Assembly (NCBI RefSeq): GCF_009914755.1
Contig: NC_060947.1
Direction: 5' to 3' (one strand)
Source: the human T2T-CHM13v2.0 reference genome, Homo sapiens
DNA length: 64,000 nt
The translations under genes and the position numbers were made by a program. Positions within the stretch are counted from its first letter, which is position 1. Each line of letters opens with the position of its first letter. Under the pieces are notes generated by a model that was not told the origin of the DNA, made no database searches, and saw nothing but the letters and a program-made list of their open reading frames with translations. Of this stretch, positions 54,501 to 64,000 are shown one piece after another.

Positions 54501-55290
54501 CCAGGTGCCACCTAAAGAAGCAGTCTGGCCAAGATCTTCTACAGCCGCTGTGCTGTGCTGTGGGGGAATATCACCCAGTCCAAACCTCCCAGCTTCTCTA
54601 GCACTGGCAGTGGAAAACTGCCAACTAGAGCCACAGTAATGGTGGTCGCCCCTCCCCCCAGGAACTTGGTCATCTTCCGCAGACTCCAGGCTGTTGTGCT
54701 GTCCAGCAGGGATTCCAAGCCAGTGGGTCTTAGCTTGTGGGATTCTGTGGTTGTGGGACCTACTGAGCAAGGCTACTTGGCTCTCTGACTTCAGCCCCCT
54801 TTCCATGGGAGTGGACGGCTCTTCTGCCACCCTGGAGTTCTGGGAGCCACCAGAGTATGTAAAAACTCCTGCAGCTCAGTGCCTGCCCCAACTGCTACTG
54901 ACTGGTGCAGCTGCCGTAGGTCTGCCCAGTTTTGTGTTTGGGACCCAAGGCCCTGGTGGTATAAGCACACAAAGGAATCTTCTGATCTGCAGATTGCAGA
55001 AATCCGTGGGAAAAGTGTAGAACCCTGAGCAGGTAGCACAGTCCCTCACCACCTCCCTTGGCTGAGGGAGGGAGGTCCCTTTGCACCATGCAGCTCCCAG
55101 GTGAACTGTCACCCCACCCTGCATTTCTTTGTTCTCCATGGATGATGCCATCCACCTAGTCAGTCCCAATGACCCAGAGAAAATCTGTGTACCTCAGTTG
55201 GAAATGCAGAAATCACTTGCCTTTTGCATTCGTCTCAGTGGGAGCTGCTGACCAGAGCTGTTTATACTCAGCCATCTTGGGCCCTTCTCC
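48524..55290 (-). mobile_element. Full-length L1PA8-like element
   Basis: (TTTTA)n tail, ORF2 and ORF1 remnants (ORFs 48943-53809), 5' end cccaagatggctgagtataaacagctc; TSD gttcagaatt (48514-48523) / gttcataatt (55292-55301). Confidence 0.92.
51523..51761 (-). mobile_element. 3'-truncated, tailless AluY
   Basis: AluY diagnostics present; no A-tail; TSD cctggattcattg (51510-51522) / cctagattcattg (51762-51774). Confidence 0.88.
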
Positions 55291-55801
55291 AGTTCATAAT
55301 TTTATGTCTTCTATTGTACAGCTTTACTTATTTTGTCTCTGTTTTTTGTTATTGAAAGAGTGTTGCTGAAATCTTTGACTGTAAGTATGCATATCCCTAT
55401 TTACAATTGTGGATATGCCTATCTCATTGAAGTTCTATCACAGTATTTTTGTTATTATTATTGTTTATTAATATACTGCAGGGTTCACCTTGACAATTTT
55501 TCATTATTGTTTATGATTGAACAATAATTTTCTCATTATTGTTTTGTTATGTTGAACTCATTAAATCAGTTTGGATAGCTTTTGTTCTTTTTCTAGTCTC
55601 AGGAACTGTTTATATAAGATAGAGATCGTCTGTACCTTAAAGACACCTTAAAACTTATCTCTGAAACATTTGTACCCAATGCCTTTTAGGGTGGCACATA
55701 TATCATATACTCTTTACAGATTAAAATAAGCTTTTCATACTCATTATCTGCACCGCAGCTTATTCACACAGTTTGTTGTACCTGGAGAAGCTACCTTTCT
55801 T

Positions 55802-56683
55802 TTTTTTTTTTTTTAATCTAACTTTTTTTTTTTTTTTATTATACTTTAAGTTTTAGGGTACATGTGCACATTGTGCAGGTTAGTTACATATGTATACATG
55901 TGCCATGTTGGTGCGCTGCACCCACTAACTCGTCATCTAGCATTAGGTATATCTCCCAATGCTACCCCTCCCCCCTCCCCCCACCCCACCACAGTCCCCA
56001 GAGTGTGATATTCCCCTTCCTGTGACCATGTGATCTCATTGTTCAATTCCCACCTATGAGTGAGAATATGCGGTGTTTGGTTTTTTGTTCTTGCGATAGT
56101 TTACTGAGAATGATGGTTTCCAATTTCATCCATGTCCCTACAAAGGACATGAACTCATCATTTTTTATGGCTGCATAGTATTCCATGGTGTATATGTGCC
56201 ACATTTTCTTAATCCAGTCTATCATTGTTGGACATTTGGGTTGGTTCCAAGTCTTTGCTATTGTGAATAATGCCGCAATAAACATACGTGTGCATGTGTC
56301 TTTATAGCAGCATGATTTACAAGAAAAAAACAAACAACCCCATCAAAAAGTGGGCGAAGGACATGAACAGACACTTCTCAAAAGAAGACATTTATGCAGC
56401 CAAAAAATACATGAAAAAATGCTCATCATCACTGGCCATCAGAGAAATGCAAATCAAAACCACTATGAGATACCATCTCACACCAGTTAGAATGGCAATC
56501 ATTAAAAAGTCAGGAAACAACAGGTGCTGGAGAGGATGTGGAGAAATAGGAACACTTTTACACTGTTGGTGGGACTGTAAACTAGTTCAACCATTGTGGA
56601 AGTCAGTGTGGCGATTCCTCAGGGATCTAGAACTGGAAATACCATTTGACCCAGCCATCCCATTACTGGGTATATACCCAAAT
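55802..56683 (-). mobile_element. 5'-inverted, truncated L1PA2-like insertion
   Basis: Minus segment 55802-56319 and plus segment 56315-56685; perfect 17-bp TSD gagaagctacctttctt (55785-55801, 56684-56700). Confidence 0.95.
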
Positions 56684-57589
56684 GAGAAGCTACCTTTCTT
56701 ACTTTGTCCCTTCCCTCCAGTTATCCCTCCCCCGCTATAATGTCTGTCAAAAGCCTGTCGATCCTTCAAATATTTTCTACAAGGCCATCCACCCCCTACA
56801 TGGTGACACTCCTGATCCCTCTCACCAACTCCATGAACTTTCACCTTCTTTTGAGCCCACTTCCTAATCTAATGTGTTTATACCTTCACTCCAGCGGTTA
56901 ACTTGTACTGTTTGATTGGACAGCCATTCAGATAATCTTCATATTCTGCCATTAACATTCCTGATCCTTCCTTCTCTGTGTATCTTTGTTTATCCTTGGC
57001 CCAGGTATTCAATGCTGGTTCAGGTTAGTGGAAACACCTTGCTTCAGAATCAAGTAAATACTTCCTTTGAGATGGGACTGTACACTAGAAAGTTTGTCTT
57101 AGAAAGAGATGGTAAGCTTAGAACATACTGTTTTTAATGTGTTTATGACCTTAGCGGCATATATTTTTAATTTTTAAGTCATTTACTAATGGAATTGGAT
57201 AATGTAGTATTGCACTGTTGTTTTGATATTAGTAAAGAGGTTAAACATATTTTCAGATGTTTATTACCTAGTTGTATTTTCTTTCTTGTGAGTGGATATT
57301 TTTAGGTTTTCCCCATTTGCCTTTAGAGGTCCTTGGTTTAGAGGTTTTCAGAGGTTCAAGAAATCCTTATAAATTTCTGTGCACACACAAACCTATGAAC
57401 AGTCCAGCAATTTTGAAAGGAAAGTAATTTGGAGGTTGGGCAGGAATCTAAAATTTTTTTTATCAACCTATGGTTATTAAAACAGTAGAACTGACTCAGG
57501 AAAAGATAAATGGGACACAGAGAGCCCATATATAGGCATTTATACTAAGACGACAGTTCAGATTCATGGAAAAAAGTGAAATATTCAGT

Positions 57590-58137
57590 CTGCTGTGGGT
57601 CCTCAAGACCATCCACATGTTCAATGATTTGCTAGCAGGACACACAGGACTTGGCATATAGTTGTACTCACAGCTGTGATTTATTACAGTGAAAGGATAC
57701 AAAACCAAACCAGCAAAGGGGGAAAAAGCATGGAGCAAAATCTAGAAGAAAATAGGCTCAAGCTTCCAAGAGTCCTCTTGCTGTGTGTGGTCACACAGGA
57801 TATGCTTAATTCCTCCAACAATTAATTGTGACAACATGTGTGAAATGTTTTGTCTACCAAAGACAACATTAGAGACTCAATGCCCAAGATTTTTACTGGG
57901 GGCTTTTCATGTATCTGCCCTTTGCCTAGCACAGGCCAAAATTCCAGAATCCAAGAAGGAAAGAAAGTATTTTGCATGAACCACATTGTTTGCACAAAAA
58001 GTTTATGTACAGTGAGCCATTCTTATCAGCTCTAGGAATGGTGGGAATTCTCCCTTAGTCCAAGTTCCCAGACTCCAGGGCCGTCCTGGCAAGCAGGAGT
58101 TTCTAAGGAGAGCAATCTCAGGCCTGCTATGTTAACG
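57590..58137 (+). mobile_element. MER21C-like LTR
   Basis: gtcctcaagacca...ttcaatgatttgctag...tttattacagtgaaaggataca...ggcctgctatgttaac. Confidence 0.7.
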
Positions 58138-61117
58138 TTTTTTTTTTTTTTTTTTGCATATTTAGTGAACGGTGTTGGAATAATTAGCTAGTTATTTGGG
58201 AAAACAAGTTAAATTCCAATACACATGAACAAATCCCAGGAAGATTAAATGTCTTAATGAGTGTTTTAAATGGAGTGGAAGGAGAAATAAATACTCATTT
58301 ACCTAGAATGAATTTTGGCTGGTAAATGAAAAATGGAAGAGGAAAATAGAAATGGATTTTTTTCTACATAATACCAGTATCATTTATTCAATAATACGCC
58401 CCTACTCCAACAATTTCTCATGTCTCTTTTGAAATTGATGATGTCATTTTCACATGTGTTTCTGAGGTAACTGTTCTCTGGTGTTAGAAACATACCAGTT
58501 CACTTACTGCAGTTTATAATAAGCATCGTGTCTTATCTGAGATGTTATATACATAACTCACATACATAGTTGGGCTCTCTAGTTAATTTCATCTCCAATT
58601 AATTTTATTTTCATATTCCATCAATTAGATTGATTAGTGGTGAGGGACACTAATATTCTTCTATAACTCCCTTGAAACTTTCTTGGAGTTTCAAAATGGA
58701 AAAGGCTGTTGATCAGGCCAAAGGATGTGTCTCTGTGTTGCCAGGTCTACTGGATGTCCTCAAGAAGCCATCCATAATAACACTTAGTACCTTGATGGCA
58801 TTAAAAGAAGTACACAATATCTGGCCCTAGACCATACCAGCTCAGAAGCTCAATAACCTCATAACAGAAAAATAGATCCATCTGTGTGGGAAAAGCTCAT
58901 GTTTAGCAAGTTCACAAGATTTACAGGATTCAAAATATCAGTTTATTAAATTATAAGGAGAAATAGTAACAGCATAGGAACTAGAATACTAGCATTTAGT
59001 GGATTCACTCACTTTATACAGACCTAGAGAAAAATAAAATTAAAATCACAAGACCAAGTAATTAATTTTGATTGAGAAGTAAATTTTTTAATTTAATTTT
59101 AAGTTCCAGGATACATGTACAGAATGTGAAGGTTTTTTATATAGGTAAATGTGTGCCATGGTGGTTTGCTGCACCTATCAACTCATCACCTAGTTATTAA
59201 ACCTGGCATGCAATAGCTCTTCTCCCTAATGCTCTTGCCTCCCCTGCCCTCCCCCTTCCTCCCCCGACAGGCTCCAGTGTATGTTGTTCCCTTCCCTCTG
59301 TCCATGTGTTCTCATTGTTCAGCTCCCACTAATAAGTGAGAACATGCAGTGTTGGGTTTTCTTTTCCTGCATTAGTTTGCTGAAGATAATGACTTCCAGC
59401 TCCATCCATGTCCCTGAAAGGACATGATCTCATTCCTTTTTATGGCTGCATAGTATTCTATGGTATATATGGTACCACATTTTCTTTATCCAATCTATCA
59501 TTGATGGGCATTTGGGTTGATTCCACATCTTTGCTATTGTGGATAGTGCTGCAATGAACATACATGTGCATGTATCTTTATAATAGAATGATTTATATTC
59601 CTTTGGGTATATACCCAGTAATGGGATTGCTGAGTCAAATGGTATTTCTGGTTCTAGGTCTTTGAGGAATTGCCACACTGTCTTTCACAATGGTTGAACT
59701 AATTTGCATTCCCACCAACAGTGTAAAAGTGTTCCTGTTTCTCCACAGCCTCATCAGCATCTGTTGTTTCTTGACTCTTTAATAATTGCCATTCTGATTG
59801 GTGTGAGATGGTATCTTAATGTAGTTTTGATTTGCATTTCTGTAATGATCAGTGATGTGGAGCTTTTTTTCATGGTTGTTGGCTGTATAAATGTCTTCTT
59901 TTGAGAAGTGTGTGTTCATGTCCTTTGCCCACTTTTTAATGGGGTTGTTTGGGGTTTTTTGCTAAATTTGTTTAAGTTCCTTGTAGATTCTGAATATTAG
60001 ACTTTTTTCAGATGAATAGATTTCAAAAATTTTCTCCCAACCTGTACGTTGTCTGTTCACTCTGATTATAGTTTCTTTTGCTGTGCAGAAGCTCTTTAGT
60101 TTAATTAGATCCCATTTGTCAATTTTTGCTTTTGTTGCAATTGCTTTTGACATTTTTGTTGTGAAATCTTTGCCCGTCCCTACATTTTGAGTGGTATTGC
60201 CCAGATTTTCTTCTGGGTTTTTATGGTTTGGGGTTTTACATTTAAGTGTTTAATCCATCTTGAGTTAATTTTTGTATATGATGTAAGGAAGGGGTCTAAT
60301 TACAGTTTTCTGCATATGACTAGACAGTTTTTACAGCACCATTTATTAAATAAGCAATCCTTTCCCTGTTGCTTTTGTCAGATTTGTTGAAAATCAGATG
60401 GTTGTAGATGTGCAGTCTGATTTCTGAGATCTCTATTCTGTTCCATTGGTCTATGAGTCTGTAGTCTATGTAGCCTTGTAGTATAGTTTGAAGTAGTGTG
60501 ATGCCTCCAACTTTTTTCTTTTTGCTTAGGATTGTCTTGGCTATACTGGCTCTTTTTGGTTCCATATGAATTCTAATGTAGTTTTTTCTAATTCTGTGAA
60601 GAATATCAATGGTAGTTTAATAGGAATAGCATTGAATCTATAAATTGCTTTGGGCAGTGTGGCCATTTTCACGATATTAATTCTTCCTATCCATGAGCAT
60701 GGAATGTTTTTCTATTTATTTGTGTCCTCTCTGACTTTTTTGAGCAGTGGTTTCTAGTTCTCCTTGAAGAGGTCCTTCATTTCCCTTGTTAGCTGTATTC
60801 CTAGGTATTTTATTCTCTTTGTAGCCATTGTGAATGGGAGTTTTTTCATGATTTGGCTTTCTGCTTGTCTGTTGTTGGTGTATAGTAATGCTTGTGATTT
60901 TTGCACATTGATTTTGTATCCTGACTTTGCTGAAGTTGCTTATCAGCTTAAGAAGATCTTGGGCTGAGGTGATGGGGTTTTCTAGATATAGGATCATGTC
61001 ATCTGCAAAAAGAGACAATTTGACTTCCTCTCCTCCTATTTGAATACCCTTTATTTTTTTCTCTTGACCAATTACCCTGGCCAGAACTTCTAATACTATG
61101 TTAAATAGAAGGGGAGA

Positions 61118-61838
<721 letters not shown>

Positions 61839-62617
61839 TAAATGGCTCTTATTATTTTGAGGTATGTTCCTTCAATACCTAGTTTGTTGAGAGTTTTTAA
61901 CTCGAAGAGATGTTGAATTTTATCGGAGGCCTTTTCTGCATCTGTTGAGATAATCTTGTGGTTTTTGTCATTGGTTCTGTTTATGTGATAAAATACGTTA
62001 ATTTGATTTCATATGCTGAACCAGACTTGAATCCCAGAGATGAAGCCAACTTGATCGTGGTGGATAAGCTTTTCAATATGCTACTAGATTCTGTTTGCCA
62101 GTATTTTACTGAGGATTTTTGCATTGATGTTCATAAGGGATATTGGCTTGAAGTTTTTTTGTTTTTGTTGTATCTCTGCCAGGTTTTGGGTATCAGGATG
62201 ATGCTGGCCTCATAAAGTGGGTTAGGGAGGAGTCCCTTCTTTTCAGTTGTTTGGAATAGTTTCAGAAGAAGTGGTCCCAGCTCCTCTTTGTACCTCTGGG
62301 TGAATTCAGTTGTAAATTTGTCTGGTCCTGGGCTTTTTTTGGTTAGTAGGCTATTTATTCCTGCCTCAATTTCAGAACTTGTTATTGGTCTATTCAGGGA
62401 TTCAACTTCTTCCTGGTTCAGTCTTGAGGGTCTATGTGTCCAGGAATTTATCCATTTCTTCTAGATTTTCTAGTTCATTTGCATAGCGGTGTTTATAGTA
62501 TTCTCTGGTAGTTTTTTGTATTTCTGTGGGGTCATTGGTGATATCCTCTATCATTTTTTATTGTGTCTATTTGATTATTCTGTCTTTTCTTCTTTATTAG
62601 TCTAGCTAGTGGCCTAT

Positions 62618-62648
<31 letters not shown>

Positions 62649-63656
62649 TTTTATTTCAGAAAACCAGCTCCTGGATTCATGGACTTTTTGAAGGGTTTTT
62701 CATGTCTGTATCTCCTTCAGTTCAACTCTGATCTTGGTTATTTCTTGTCTTCTGCCAGCTCTGGGGTTTGTTTGCTCTTGGTTCTCTAGTTCTTTTAGTT
62801 GTGTTGTTAGGGTGTTAATTTGAGATCTTTGTAGCTTTTTGATGTGCACATTTAGTGCTACAAATTTCCCTTTTAACACTGCTTTTGCTGCGTCCCGGAG
62901 ATTCTGGTACTTTGTATTTTTGTTCTCATTAGTTTCAAAGAACTTCTTGATTTCTGCCTTAATTTCATTATTTACCCAGGAGTCATTCAGGAGCAGGTTG
63001 TTCAGTTTCCATGTAGTTGTGTGGTTTTGAGTGAGTTTCTTAATCTCGAGTTCTAATTTGATTGTACTGTGGTCTGAGAGACTGTTATGATTTCAGTTCT
63101 TTTGCATTTGCTGGGGAGTGTTTTACTTCCAATTATGTGATCGACTTTAGAGTAAGTGCTACATGGCACCAAGAAAAATGTATATTCTGTTGTTTTTGGA
63201 TGGAGTGCTCTGTAGATATGTGTCAGGTCCACTTGGTCCAGAGCTGAATTCAAGTCCTGAATATCCTTGTTAGTTTTCTGTCTTGACAATCTGTCTAATA
63301 TTGACAGTGGGGTGTTAAAGTCTTCCACTATTATTGTGTGGGGGTCTAAGTCTCTTTGTAGATCTCTAAGAACTTCTTTTTATGAATCTGAGTGCTCCTG
63401 TATTCGGTGCATATATATTTAGGGTAGTTAGATCTCCTCGTTGAATTGAACTTTTACCATTGTGTAATGCCCTTCTTTGTCTTTTTTGATCTTTGTTGGT
63501 TTAAAGTCTGTTTTGTCAGAAGCTAGGATTGCAACCCTGCTTTCTTTCTGCTTTCATGAGCCTATGTGTGTCTTTGCATGTGAGATGGGTCTTTTGAATA
63601 CAGTACACTGATGGGTCTTGACTCTTATCCACCTTGCCATTCTGTGTCTTTTAATT

Positions 63657-63763
63657 AAAAATACAGAATGCTTCATGAATTTGCATGTCATCTTTGCACA
63701 GGGGCCATGCTAATCTTCTCTATATCGTTCCAATTTTAGTATATGTGCTGCCAAAGTGAGCAC
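63657..63763 (-). pseudogene. U6 snRNA retrocopy (full length, 107 nt) fused to L1
   Basis: Minus strand GTGCTCACTTTGGCAGCACATATACTAAAATTGGAACGATATAGAGAAGATTAGCATGGCCCCTG...ATTTTT; substitutions are mostly CpG decay. Confidence 0.96.
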
Positions 63764-64000
63764 AATCTTTTTTCATATTAATTTAAATGTGTAAAATGTA
63801 GTTATAAAGTTGGAGCATATGATCAAGCCTGAATGATCCTACTCAAAGTGCTAATCTGAAGTTTAAAAAAAAAAAAGGAATCTATGCCAGAATTTATTTA
63901 AATTGACAACAAATTACACATTATTTCATAGCAGGTTTTTTTTTTTATGAAAGTAGCAGTGAGCACATTGACATTATGATGCCAGCTTCTTATGTCTTTG

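Noticed and set aside
63657-63763. Functional U6 gene
   Set aside because: The ACAGAGA box is mutated (ATAGAGA), CpGs have decayed, it is fused to L1, and no upstream PSE/TATA was recognised.

Overview
Human (primate) genomic DNA, identified as Xq22.1 because it contains the complete single-coding-exon GPRASP1 gene (+ strand, CDS 38869-43056, 1395 aa). The gene has a CpG-island promoter, several small 5'UTR exons and a polyA signal at 43383. Most of the rest is interspersed repeat: two full-length old primate L1s, several L1PA and L1M fragments, a full THE1A element, MST/MLT1/MER21 LTRs, L2 and Alus. The most notable observations: (1) the 5'UTR part of the GPRASP1 coding exon appears to hold a decayed copy of the ARMCX-family N-terminal mitochondrial anchor; (2) a histone H3 retrocopy is split by a 5'-inverted L1PA2 carrying a ~280 bp 3' transduction; (3) a U6/L1 chimera; (4) an orphan promoter with exon-like modules just downstream of GPRASP1; (5) a tailless AluY with a TSD; (6) several template-switch scars. 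No prokaryotic features or CRISPR arrays are present. Repeat subfamily calls and paralog comparisons rely on remembered consensus sequences and need database confirmation.
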